DNA from: an uncultured bacterium
GTDB taxonomy: Bacteria; Edwardsbacteria; AC1; EtOH8
Reading direction: 5' to 3'
DNA: 64,000 nucleotides
Assembly (NCBI GenBank): GCA_937863685.1
Contig: CALMGM010000010.1
Span: forward strand, 84,158 to 148,157
Part shown: positions 37,002-45,902 of the stretch, one piece after another
Position numbering within the stretch: the stretch's first letter is position 1
Layout: the number at the start of each line of letters is the position of its first letter
Notes under the pieces: generated by a model
What the model saw: only the letters and a program-made list of their open reading frames with translations
What the model was told of the DNA's origin: nothing
The model's database searches: none
Position numbers and translations under genes: made by a program

Positions 37002-37883
37002 TTACAATGACTGGTTGTCAGGGAGGACACGGTAATTCTTTTGAATATAGATGAATCCCGAGAAAACGATCAGGGCCAGGATGATGAAAACCATCAGGTC
37101 CCGCATCATAAAGGTGGGGTCATGGTTGAAATACATCACCAAACCCATGGCATTGACCGCAATGATCATGGTAAGGAAGAAGCCATAGAACAGGAATTGT
37201 ATGGGATAGGTGGTATCGGGCCTGGTCCACAACAAGTAAACGCTGAGCAACCCCAGCGGGATGGAGAACCCCAGGTCGAAGATGCGCACCACCCAGAAGG
37301 CGGTGGGCGCGATATCATAGGCCCGGGTGGTGCCGGTGGCCATCACCTCCAACACCTCCTTGACCCACATGGAGGCAAAGACCAGCAGGAAGAACGAGAA
37401 CAGGACCGAATAGATTATCAGCGGCTTCTTCCTGAAACGGCTCTCCACCTTCCGGGGGAATATGGAAAGCGAATAAAGCAGGATCATAAGGGAGGCGATC
37501 AGGATGAAAAGAAAATAGAAGGTGTACCCTTCGCTGTTGCCGGAGTATTTCGGGGAGCTCCATTCCCATCCGATGGTGTAGCACAGTACGTAGTATATCA
37601 GATAGAGCGGGGTAACGATCAGAAGATACTTTGAGATCTGTTTTTTCAGGAAAAGGGCCGCCCCGCCGGCGATCAGGACGACGCTCAACAGGAAAAGGTT
37701 CACCAGGTCCTGGCCGATCAGCTGGTTGTTCAATATCTCCGCCGTTTTGTATCTGATCTGATGCAGAAACAACGGGCCTTTGACCGCCAAAAAGATAAGA
37801 ATGATGCCGGTCACGATGGACAGAAACCCCATAAAGATGCGTTCAAAGGGTGTGCCAAAGGTTGTTTCATTTTTGTTATTCAT
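37002..37883 (-). CDS. hypothetical polytopic membrane protein (~9 TM)
   Basis: Long hydrophobic helices throughout; no recognisable motif; tightly packed with the flanking genes (21-nt and 39-nt spacers). Confidence 0.45.
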   Translation of the reverse strand: MNNKNETTFGTPFERIFMGFLSIVTGIILIFLAVKGPLFLHQIRYKTAEILNNQLIGQDLVNLFLLSVVLIAGGAALFLKKQISKYLLIVTPLYLIYYVLCYTIGWEWSSPKYSGNSEGYTFYFLFILIASLMILLYSLSIFPRKVESRFRKKPLIIYSVLFSFFLLVFASMWVKEVLEVMATGTTRAYDIAPTAFWVVRIFDLGFSIPLGLLSVYLLWTRPDTTYPIQFLFYGFFLTMIIAVNAMGLVMYFNHDPTFMMRDLMVFIILALIVFSGFIYIQKNYRVLPDNQSL

Positions 37884-37922
37884 GTTGTGGAAGCTTCTTT
37901 CATCAAACAGTAAGTAACACTA

Positions 37923-38396
37923 TTATATATACCTGCGGGTCTTTTGCCGGTAATCCTCATAAACTTTGCCAAACCTCTGCGACAAGAACTTTTCCTCGCC
38001 CAGAATGATGAAATGATAGATCGCAATGCTGTAAATACCCAGCGATATCACTCCAGGATTAAATGTATATAACATTGCTGACAGGGTGAGCAGATCGAAG
38101 CCCAGGTACATCGGGTTGCGGCTGAAGCGGTACAGGCCGCCTGTCTTGAAGACAGTGTCATCCTGCGGCAGGCCCAGCCTGGTGGACCGGCCAAGATTGA
38201 ACAGGCTTACGCTGATCAATAAAAGTCCGACCAAGGATAAAGCATATGCGGTGTATTTGAATAGCGAAGACGAATATGTTTCTATGGCCGGGAAACCCAG
38301 CACCGACAACAGTAATATGATCCAGGTTAAGTAGCCGGATATTTTCCCGGTATAGAACAGTGCCGGATTTATTGTAGACTTGCCTATGAGATCCAT
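37923..38396 (-). CDS. isoprenylcysteine carboxyl methyltransferase (ICMT)/phospholipid methyltransferase-family membrane protein
   Basis: C-terminal RNPMY…EE..L…FG..Y signature of the ICMT/PEMT family; 4-5 TM helices. Confidence 0.6.
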   Translation of the reverse strand: MDLIGKSTINPALFYTGKISGYLTWIILLLSVLGFPAIETYSSSLFKYTAYALSLVGLLLISVSLFNLGRSTRLGLPQDDTVFKTGGLYRFSRNPMYLGFDLLTLSAMLYTFNPGVISLGIYSIAIYHFIILGEEKFLSQRFGKVYEDYRQKTRRYI

Positions 38397-38397
38397 A

Positions 38398-38494
38398 TTA
38401 CGCCTTCAGATGCTTTTTGATAAATCTGCAGATCTGCTCCATCGCCTCTTTGGTCTCGGGGAACATCGGGGCGCAGGCCGGGTAGCAGTGTGAA
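38398..38494 (-). pseudogene. 3'-terminal remnant (last 31 codons + stop) of an alpha/beta-hydrolase paralog
   Basis: Minus-strand translation SHCYPACAPMFPETKEAMEQICRFIKKHLKA* matches the C-terminus of the esterase at 38983-39930 (…HCYPACAPMFPEAKEAMEEISRFVKKHLKA*); DNA near-identical over ~40 nt; starts 1 nt after the GNAT stop. Confidence 0.55.
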
Positions 38495-38920
38495 CTATAT
38501 ATTCTTTTTCATATAATATCGCTTATGTTCCAAGGGGCAATCGTCTAGTACCCCAAAAACCTCATATCCATGTTTAAGATAAAATTCTTTTGCTTGAAAA
38601 TCAAAAGTATCCAAATGAATTAATCTGCACCCTTTTTCTTTTGCGGCTTTTTCTACTTCATTTAAAAGCGCCGAACCATATCCATCCTTCCGAAACTCCT
38701 CTTTAACCCACAAAACATCTATACACAGGCAATTCCAACAATATAAAGTACTATTTATCCCCGCTATCATTTCCCCATTTGACCCTTTTATAACCTTATT
38801 GATTGACTCAAAAGCTATTTCTTGCGTAAAAGGAACTTTCGATAAATTATATTCAATTATACTCTTATTAACCAAATCATATTCTTCGCTTGTGCTTTTC
38901 TCAATTACATAATTTATCAT
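38495..38920 (-). CDS. GNAT-family N-acetyltransferase (AT-rich gene)
   Basis: Acetyl-CoA-binding motif region (…EEFRKDGYGSALLNEVEKAAKEKGCRLIHLDT…); AAGGGGA RBS; much lower GC than flanks. Confidence 0.7.
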   Translation of the reverse strand: MINYVIEKSTSEEYDLVNKSIIEYNLSKVPFTQEIAFESINKVIKGSNGEMIAGINSTLYCWNCLCIDVLWVKEEFRKDGYGSALLNEVEKAAKEKGCRLIHLDTFDFQAKEFYLKHGYEVFGVLDDCPLEHKRYYMKKNI

Positions 38921-38982
38921 CTTTAGTTCCCCTTGTTTGCTTTATTTTAAAATACCCCGACTGTTTGCGGCGAGGTCAGGCA

Positions 38983-39930
38983 TCAGGCCTTCAAATGCTT
39001 TTTTACAAAACGACTGATCTCTTCCATGGCTTCTTTTGCCTCGGGGAACATCGGAGCGCAGGCCGGGTAGCAGTGGAACAGTCCTTGGCCAACGATCAAG
39101 GTAACATCAACCCCGGCGGCCCTGGCCTTTTCCGCCAGCCGGGTGGAATCGCTGAGCAGGGTCTCGTCCCCGCCGGCGAAGATCAGCATGGGCGGCAGGC
39201 CGACCAGGTCCCCGAACAGCGGCGAGATCAAAGGATCCGTCGGGTCGTTCTTTCCGGCATAGTACCGGCTGAAGGTGGTCTGTGATTCCTTCCAGCAAAG
39301 GGTGTCCTTCTGGGCGTTGAATATCCAGGATTCTCCGGAATTGGTCAGATCGGTCCAGGGCGAGAGGGCTATGGATGCGCCGGGCAGGGGAAGCCCCTGT
39401 TCCTTAAGGGCCAGCTGGGTGGCAAAGACCAGGTTGCCGCCCCCGGAATCTCCCATGAAAACCACGTCTCCGGGCTTGATGCCGTGTTCCAGCAGATATT
39501 TGTAGGCGGCTACCGAATCATTCAGCCCCTGGGGATATGGATGCTCCGGGGCCAGGCCGTAATCGAACAACAGGGATTGAATCCCGCACTTTTTCACGAA
39601 CTTGGCCACGATGCCCCGGTGGGCCCTGATGGAACCTACCACCAGCCCGCCCCCGTGGAAGTAAAGAATGGCCTTGTCCCTGGGCGCATCCTTGGGTCTC
39701 ATCCATTCGGTATTCAGGTTCCCGATCATGACAGGCTCCAAGGTGAAGCCCTCCGGCAGTTTGCCGAAGAAATCCGCTCCCCGTTCGACCTCTGCCCGCA
39801 AGGCCTGCAGGGAGGTGTCGCCGTCGACCGTGGTGGTCCTTTTCTTCTGGAATTTCAGCAGGTGCCGGTATTTCAGTAGGAAGATAAAAAGGCGGCTTCG
39901 GAAGCTGGGCATTTTAGGATATTCCTTCAT
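38983..39930 (-). CDS. alpha/beta-hydrolase, HSL-like esterase/lipase family (start uncertain: ATG 39930 or 39912; ORF opens at 40032)
   Basis: HGGG oxyanion motif (YFHGGGLVVGS) and GDSGGG nucleophile motif; catalytic Asp/His region near the C-terminus. Confidence 0.7.
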   Translation of the reverse strand: MKEYPKMPSFRSRLFIFLLKYRHLLKFQKKRTTTVDGDTSLQALRAEVERGADFFGKLPEGFTLEPVMIGNLNTEWMRPKDAPRDKAILYFHGGGLVVGSIRAHRGIVAKFVKKCGIQSLLFDYGLAPEHPYPQGLNDSVAAYKYLLEHGIKPGDVVFMGDSGGGNLVFATQLALKEQGLPLPGASIALSPWTDLTNSGESWIFNAQKDTLCWKESQTTFSRYYAGKNDPTDPLISPLFGDLVGLPPMLIFAGGDETLLSDSTRLAEKARAAGVDVTLIVGQGLFHCYPACAPMFPEAKEAMEEISRFVKKHLKA

Positions 39931-40372
39931 TTTTAGTAGCCGTTGATTTCGATTGTCTTTCCAGGTATTCTTTCTTTCGCAAGGCAATCCTGTCCCGCTC
40001 TCCTTGGAGCACGGAAGCCACGTCAAGTTCATCTATGCCATCGTCAAAGGAGCAGATATGGGGGTCCGCCGGCACCTGATAACAGGAGCCGTCTTTATTC
40101 CTGGTGAGGTAACCGACGTCTATCAAATAGCGGCGCACGGTGACATGATCAACTCCCTTTATTCCGACGATCTCTGATATCCAAAACTGCAGTTTGGCAT
40201 CGATTTCTTGTTCGCAAAAGGGGCCGCTATGATCCAGGGTCAAAACCGCGCTTTTCAATAAAATGTGCTGCTCCTCGTTGCCGGTGGGAAAACCAGATAA
40301 CCCACTTCGGAGACATAGGTCACAAAGCCGTTTGGTAAAATATTCCTTGGTTATGACTTTTGAAATGGTCAT
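39914..40372 (-). CDS. hypothetical protein, DUF2087-like C-terminal region
   Basis: …HVTVRRYLIDVGYLTRNKDGSCYQV resembles the DUF2087 C-terminal motif; weak assignment. Confidence 0.3.
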   Translation of the reverse strand: MTISKVITKEYFTKRLCDLCLRSGLSGFPTGNEEQHILLKSAVLTLDHSGPFCEQEIDAKLQFWISEIVGIKGVDHVTVRRYLIDVGYLTRNKDGSCYQVPADPHICSFDDGIDELDVASVLQGERDRIALRKKEYLERQSKSTATKNEGIS

Positions 40373-40415
40373 AATAATATTTTTTATCTGTTTTCGATTT
40401 TCCGGATTACTTTAT

Positions 40416-40442
40416 AAAGGCCCCGCTAGTGCGGGGCCTTTT
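40416..40442. terminator. hairpin terminator between GIY-YIG gene and DUF2087-like gene
   Basis: AAAGGCCCCGCtagtGCGGGGCCTTTT read directly. Confidence 0.5.
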
Positions 40443-40460
40443 GTTCGATTGAATACACTG

Positions 40461-40817
40461 CTACCGCTTGGTATGATATCCCCTATCCCCGTAAGGCTGG
40501 AGCTTTTCGATCCAGATCTGCTCCAGGGCTTTAAGATCCCCGGTGTAATCGTAGCTGATGCCCTCCTTGGGCTCCAGATGATCCAGCACCTCAAAGAAAA
40601 AATTGTTTTCCCCCAGCCGGGTATAATCCTTCTGCAACTCCGAATTGGGATGGGAGCCGTGGCTGAGGCTGAACTTTTGACTGTTGATGATGCCGGGAAG
40701 GTTCTTGGCCTTCATTAATAATATCTTGCCGTTGGCAAGATTCTTGATCTGAAGAATGCCCATCGGAGTCAACGTTTGCTTGTACTCTTTTATCAGTTTC
40801 TTTCTGTCGGTCATCAA
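40461..40817 (-). CDS. small GIY-YIG nuclease-domain protein
   Basis: GILQIKNLANGKILLMKAKNL…FEVLDHLE follows the GIY…YIG…N…E spacing of GIY-YIG domains; 118 aa, stand-alone. Confidence 0.45.
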   Translation of the reverse strand: MMTDRKKLIKEYKQTLTPMGILQIKNLANGKILLMKAKNLPGIINSQKFSLSHGSHPNSELQKDYTRLGENNFFFEVLDHLEPKEGISYDYTGDLKALEQIWIEKLQPYGDRGYHTKR

Positions 40818-40862
40818 TATCCTTATCTCTGGACTCCCGCCTTCGCGGGAATGATAATTAAG

Positions 40863-43031
40863 TCACGGTTTGAAATCAGGATCGTTCAGGCTGCCGCGGT
40901 CCAGCTGTTCGAAATTGTAATCCTTGCTCTGCATGTTCAGGTTCTGCAGACGGTGGATATCGCAGGTCCTGGACGGCAGGTTGGCCTTGAGGAATATTTC
41001 ACTCCTGGGATTGGGGCAGGCCGGGGTGGCCAGCAATCCTGACTCGGTGCAGATAGTGGCCGAGACGATGTCCCCCGGCACCGGAAAATCCTTCACCGGC
41101 AGGCTGTCGGTGGCCTGTTTCATGAAGGCCGCCCAGATGGGCAGGGCCAGCCCGGCCCCGGTGGCGCCCTCGGCCACGGTCTTCTTCTGGTCGAAGCCCA
41201 CCCATACCCCGCATACCAGGTCCGGGGTGTAGCCCACGAACCAGGTGTCGGTATAATCATTGGTGGTTCCGGTCTTGCCGCCGGCCGGACGGGTGAATCC
41301 CAGGCTGCGGGCATAGATCCCGGTGCCGTGGTCCACCACAGTCTTCATCATGTTGGCCATGATATAAGCGGTCTGGGGCGACAGCACCTCTTCGGCGTAG
41401 GGATGGGTCTCCTCCAGCACGATGCCGTTCTTGTCCAGAACCTTCAGGATCATGATGGGCTCCACCCGGATCCCGCGATTGGCGAATACGCCGTAGGCGC
41501 TGACCATATCGATCATGCTGATGTCGGCCGAGCCCAGGGCCAGCGACAGCACCGCCGGCAGGGGCGTCCGGATGCCCATCTTGCGGGCGTAACTGATGAC
41601 GGTGGACGGCCCGATGCTCTGGATCAGCTTGACCGCTATCAGGTTCTTGGACAAGGCCAGGCCCCGACGCAGCGAGGTGGGGCCGTCAAATTTGCCGTCA
41701 TAGTTGCGGGGATACCAGGGTTCTCCCGAGCCGTCGTCCTCGATCACAATGGGGGCGTCCAGTATCACGTCACCGGGGGAGAAACCGTTATCGATGGCGG
41801 CGGTGTAGATGAACGGTTTGAAGGACGAGCCGGCCTGGCGCCGGGACTGGATGGCCCGGTTGAACTTGCTGACCAGGTAATCACGCCCCCCGATCAGGGC
41901 CAGGATATGTCCGGTGTGTGGATCCAGGGCCAGCAGGGCATCCTGGATATAGGGGGTGTTGATTATGTCGGTCTCGACCTTGGGAACCTTAAAATCCTTG
42001 CGTCTGGGAACCAGCTTGTACCGGTCCTCCAGCTGTTCCATCCAGTTTTCGGAGACCTGGTTGGCCACCCTCTGCAGTTTGAGGTCCAGCGTGGTGTATA
42101 CCTGCATGGCTCCCTGGTAGATGGCATTGGCTCCGTATTTGGACTCCAGGTATTTGCGGACATCCTCCACGAAATAGGGGGCGTCGTTCAGCTGCAGTTC
42201 CCGGGGTTTGGTTACGATCTCCTCCTTTTTGGCAGAATCAGCCAGGGACCGGCTGATGGCTCCGGTGGACACCATGGCCTCCAGCACTGTATTCCTTCTT
42301 TTCAATGCGGCCTGGGGGTGGGTGTAGGGCGAGTACAATGACGGTCCGCGGGGCATTCCAGCCAGCAGGGCCGCCTGAGCCAGGGTCAAACTATCCACTT
42401 CGCGTCCAAAATACATCTGGGAGGCGGTCTCGACCCCGTAGGCCCCATGACCGTAGTTTATCTGGTTAAAATAAAGCTCCAGGATCTCGTCCTTGGAGAA
42501 CAGTTGTTCTATCTTCAGCGCCAGCACCGCCTCGGCGATCTTGCGGGACAGGGTACGGTCCTGGGTCAGGAAAAGGTTGCGGGCCAGCTGCTGAGTGATG
42601 GTGGAGGCTCCCCGCAGACGTTTGCTGCGGCGCAGCACGAAATCCTTGACCGCCGCGGCGTAACCGAATACATCCACCCCCCAATGGGAGCGGAAGCTGC
42701 GGTCCTCGATGGCGATGGTGGCGTCTATCAAACTCCGGGGAATCCGGGCCAGGGGCACCACGATCCGGTGCTCCTCGGCGAACTCGTAGATCAGCTGGCC
42801 GTGTCGGTCGAAGACCTTGGTGCCCTGCTTGGGCTGCATCTCCTGCAGAGCCCTGGTGGAGGGCAGGCCCCGGCTGTAGAAGGCGAAGGTCCCGGCCAGG
42901 AAACCCAGCAGAAAGACCAAGGCCAGCGTTGTGAAGAATCCCGCCCGGAGGAAATTTCTTCTTGTTTTTCTGTTTACCTTGAACGTGAATTTGCCCCGAT
43001 AGAATTTTGCCATGGTCGGCTTATCCGTCAA
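40863..43031 (-). CDS. mrcA: class A penicillin-binding protein 1A (glycosyltransferase + transpeptidase)
   Basis: N-terminal TM anchor, GT51 motifs (…ASTITQQLARNLFL…), transpeptidase SxxK (SSFKPF), SxN, KTGT(T). Confidence 0.9.
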   Translation of the reverse strand: MTDKPTMAKFYRGKFTFKVNRKTRRNFLRAGFFTTLALVFLLGFLAGTFAFYSRGLPSTRALQEMQPKQGTKVFDRHGQLIYEFAEEHRIVVPLARIPRSLIDATIAIEDRSFRSHWGVDVFGYAAAVKDFVLRRSKRLRGASTITQQLARNLFLTQDRTLSRKIAEAVLALKIEQLFSKDEILELYFNQINYGHGAYGVETASQMYFGREVDSLTLAQAALLAGMPRGPSLYSPYTHPQAALKRRNTVLEAMVSTGAISRSLADSAKKEEIVTKPRELQLNDAPYFVEDVRKYLESKYGANAIYQGAMQVYTTLDLKLQRVANQVSENWMEQLEDRYKLVPRRKDFKVPKVETDIINTPYIQDALLALDPHTGHILALIGGRDYLVSKFNRAIQSRRQAGSSFKPFIYTAAIDNGFSPGDVILDAPIVIEDDGSGEPWYPRNYDGKFDGPTSLRRGLALSKNLIAVKLIQSIGPSTVISYARKMGIRTPLPAVLSLALGSADISMIDMVSAYGVFANRGIRVEPIMILKVLDKNGIVLEETHPYAEEVLSPQTAYIMANMMKTVVDHGTGIYARSLGFTRPAGGKTGTTNDYTDTWFVGYTPDLVCGVWVGFDQKKTVAEGATGAGLALPIWAAFMKQATDSLPVKDFPVPGDIVSATICTESGLLATPACPNPRSEIFLKANLPSRTCDIHRLQNLNMQSKDYNFEQLDRGSLNDPDFKP

Positions 43032-43265
43032 ATGTTAATAAAATATCTTTACGGTGCTACGTTCTGCCGGTCGATCGCAGAAAGTTTCTTCATGTGACAA
43101 AGGGACATCACGATTTTTAGTGCAGTGGGTCCAAGATACCGCAATCCACCTTAATTCTAATCCCAAAAGAAAGGATAGTCAAGCACAAAACGAAGAGATG
43201 GCAGTGAAGAAGGAAGGCATTTTTGTATTGCAAATAGAACTTTAAATGAGATATAATAACATGTT

Positions 43266-43952
43266 ATGCAACAAATAGGACATAGTCTGGAGCGGCTCCG
43301 CCAAAGCATCAATGAGGCCTGCCGGGATGCCAGGCGGCGACCGGAGGATATCACCCTGGTGGCGGTCACCAAGACCTTTCCGGCCGAGACCATCGAACGG
43401 GCCATAGCTGCTGGGGTGGACATCGTCGGGGAGAACCGGGTGCAGGAGGCTCTGGAAAAATATTCACTGATAGGCACCAGGGTGAAGTGGCATCTGATAG
43501 GTCACCTACAATCCAACAAGGCCAAAAAAGCGGTGGAGATCTTTTCCCTGATCCACTCCATAGATTCGGCAGAACTGGCCGGGGAGGTGGGGCGTCGGGC
43601 CGGCCAGATCGGGAAAAAACAGGAGATCCTGCTGGAGGTCAACACCTCCGGGGAGCCGCAGAAGTACGGATTCGATCCGAAAGAGGTTTTAAAGAACCTG
43701 AAGGAAATAAAGGATATCAAGGGCATAAAGGTTTTAGGTTTGATGACGATTGGACCGTTGACCGACGATGTCGACAAGATCAGGGGTTCGTTCAAATTGT
43801 TGAAAAAAATATTCGATGAAATTAAGCTTCAAGCCATACCCAACATCGAAATGAAGCATCTCTCCATGGGGATGTCCGGGGATTACCGCATTGCTATCGA
43901 GGAAGGCTCGAACATGATCAGGGTTGGAAGCGCCATTTTCGGCGACCGATAG
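43266..43952 (+). CDS. yggS: YggS-family pyridoxal-phosphate homeostasis protein
   Basis: TIM-barrel PLP-binding fold signature (VAVTKTFP PLP-lysine region, HLIGHLQSNKAK, MGMSGDY). Confidence 0.85.
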   Translation: MQQIGHSLERLRQSINEACRDARRRPEDITLVAVTKTFPAETIERAIAAGVDIVGENRVQEALEKYSLIGTRVKWHLIGHLQSNKAKKAVEIFSLIHSIDSAELAGEVGRRAGQIGKKQEILLEVNTSGEPQKYGFDPKEVLKNLKEIKDIKGIKVLGLMTIGPLTDDVDKIRGSFKLLKKIFDEIKLQAIPNIEMKHLSMGMSGDYRIAIEEGSNMIRVGSAIFGDR

Positions 43953-44001
43953 GATTTTACCGGCAGAAAACACAAAAGCAGATTCAAATTTTATAATACG
44001 A

Positions 44002-44307
44002 ATGTTCATTCTGGCTAATTTCATAATTGCTTTGGGCCGGGTGCTGGGCTTGGTCCTGGATGTATATATGTGGGTCATAGTCATTCGGGCGCTGATATCA
44101 TGGGTCAACCCCGATCCCTTCAATCCCATCGTCAGGCTTCTGGCCAAGCTGACCGATCCGGTACTGGGGCCCATCAGAAGAATAATTCCGCTGGGGAATA
44201 TCGGCATAGATCCTTCGCCCATGATCGTCATATTGGCCATAATCTTCGCAAAGAATTTTTTGATCACCAGCCTGGTCGAGTTCGGGTATCGTCTTAAAAC
44301 CTACTGA
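44002..44307 (+). CDS. yggT: YggT-family membrane protein (ORF opens at 43924)
   Basis: Two TM helices with conserved …RALISWVNPDPFNPIVRLLAKLTDPVLGPIRRIIP… core. Confidence 0.7.
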   Translation: MFILANFIIALGRVLGLVLDVYMWVIVIRALISWVNPDPFNPIVRLLAKLTDPVLGPIRRIIPLGNIGIDPSPMIVILAIIFAKNFLITSLVEFGYRLKTY

Positions 44308-44325
44308 AATTAAGGAGGAGCCGCC

Positions 44326-45054
44326 ATGAAACTGACCCCCCTGGATATAAGAAAGCAGACCTTCAAGAAAAAGCCGATGGGCGGGCTGGACCCGGCCGAG
44401 GTGCAGGCCTTCCTGGAGATGGTGGCCGGAGAGTTCGAGGAGCTGATCCGGGAGAACACCAGCCTGGCCGAGAGGATGCAGGGGCTGGACGGCAAGATAG
44501 ACGATTACCGCCGGATGGAGAAGACCCTGCAGGACACCCTGATGTCGGCCCAGAAGACCTCGGACGAACTGCGGGACAACGCCGAACGGCGGGGCGAACT
44601 GTTCATCAAGGAGGCCCAGTTCAAGGCCGACCAGATCATCGGCGAGGCCCGGGCCCGGCTGATGGACCTGCAGCGCCAGATAGCCGACCTGAAGAATGTC
44701 CGCAGCAGCTACCTGGCCAAACTGCGCAGCCTGGTGGACTCGCATCTGGAGATGCTGCAGACCCAGGAGATGGATTCTGGCATCAGGATCCAGACCAATA
44801 TCTTCTCAGCCATGAAAAAAGAAGAGCGGACCGGGAGCCATCCGGAACAGGTCAAGCCGGAGATCTCCCAGGAGGAGCCCAGCTTGGCCGATATGAAAAA
44901 GATGCTTAACACCCTGATGGGCACCGCCAAGATCCGCGAGTCTGATGAAACTCCGGCGGCCGAGTCCGACAAGGACGATCTGCCGCCGCTGATCAACGAC
45001 GGGCCGGAACCCGAAGGAGAGATTGACCACAGTGATAGCGAGGAAACGAAATGA
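44326..45054 (+). CDS. divIVA: DivIVA-domain cell-division protein
   Basis: N-terminal LTPLDIRKQTFKK…GGLDPAEVQAFLE DivIVA motif followed by extended coiled coil and acidic tail. Confidence 0.8.
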   Translation: MKLTPLDIRKQTFKKKPMGGLDPAEVQAFLEMVAGEFEELIRENTSLAERMQGLDGKIDDYRRMEKTLQDTLMSAQKTSDELRDNAERRGELFIKEAQFKADQIIGEARARLMDLQRQIADLKNVRSSYLAKLRSLVDSHLEMLQTQEMDSGIRIQTNIFSAMKKEERTGSHPEQVKPEISQEEPSLADMKKMLNTLMGTAKIRESDETPAAESDKDDLPPLINDGPEPEGEIDHSDSEETK

Positions 45055-45878
45055 GCGATATGATCAAGATGATAGACCAGGCGGCCGATCATATAAAGGG
45101 CAAGACCAGGATCAGTCCCAAGATCGGCATCATCCTGGGGACCGGGCTGGGCGGGCTGGTCAAGGAGATAGACATCAAGGACACCATTCCCTACCAGGAG
45201 ATACCGCATTTCCCGGTGTCCACCGTGGAGAGCCACGCCGGCAAGCTGATATTCGGACATCTTTCGGGCAAGCCGCTGATGGCCATGCAGGGCCGCTTCC
45301 ACTACTACGAGGGCTACAACATGCAGCAGGTGACATTCCCGGTGCGGGTAATGAAGGCCCTGGGAGTGGAGATCATGATGGTCTCCAACGCCTGCGGCGG
45401 GGTGAACCCGGCCCACCAGGCCGGCGACATCATGCTGATCTCAGACCACATCAACCTGATGGGGGACCATCCCCTGATCGGGAAAAATTTCAACGAGCTG
45501 GGGCCGCGGTTTCCCGACATGTTTAATCTATATGATGCAGACCTGCAGAAGCTGGCCGAGGAGACCGCCCTGGAGGAGAAGATCAAACTGCAGAAAGGCG
45601 TCTACCTGGCCCTGACCGGCCCCACCCTGGAGACCGGGGCCGAATACCGGATGGTCCGCCTGCTGGGGGCCGATGTGGTGGGGATGTCCACCGTACCCGA
45701 GGTGATAGTGGCCCGGCATTCGGGGCTGAAGGTGATGGGTTTTTCCATCATCACCGACATGGGCTTCCCCGAAGCCATGAGATCGGTCAGTCTGGAGGAG
45801 GTCATTGCAGTGGCGGGCAAAGCGGAGAAAAAGTTCGTCCAGCTGGTCAAGAGCGTGGTGGCCAAGATAAAAGTATAA
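45051..45878 (+). CDS. punA: purine nucleoside phosphorylase (trimeric PNP-I / PunA type)
   Basis: Phosphate-binding GTGLGG region, …VSNACGGVN…, …MSTVPEVIVARHSG… typical of PNP family 1. Confidence 0.8.
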   Translation: MSDMIKMIDQAADHIKGKTRISPKIGIILGTGLGGLVKEIDIKDTIPYQEIPHFPVSTVESHAGKLIFGHLSGKPLMAMQGRFHYYEGYNMQQVTFPVRVMKALGVEIMMVSNACGGVNPAHQAGDIMLISDHINLMGDHPLIGKNFNELGPRFPDMFNLYDADLQKLAEETALEEKIKLQKGVYLALTGPTLETGAEYRMVRLLGADVVGMSTVPEVIVARHSGLKVMGFSIITDMGFPEAMRSVSLEEVIAVAGKAEKKFVQLVKSVVAKIKV

Positions 45879-45902
45879 AATCAAAAACAAAGGTGAATAG
45901 TT

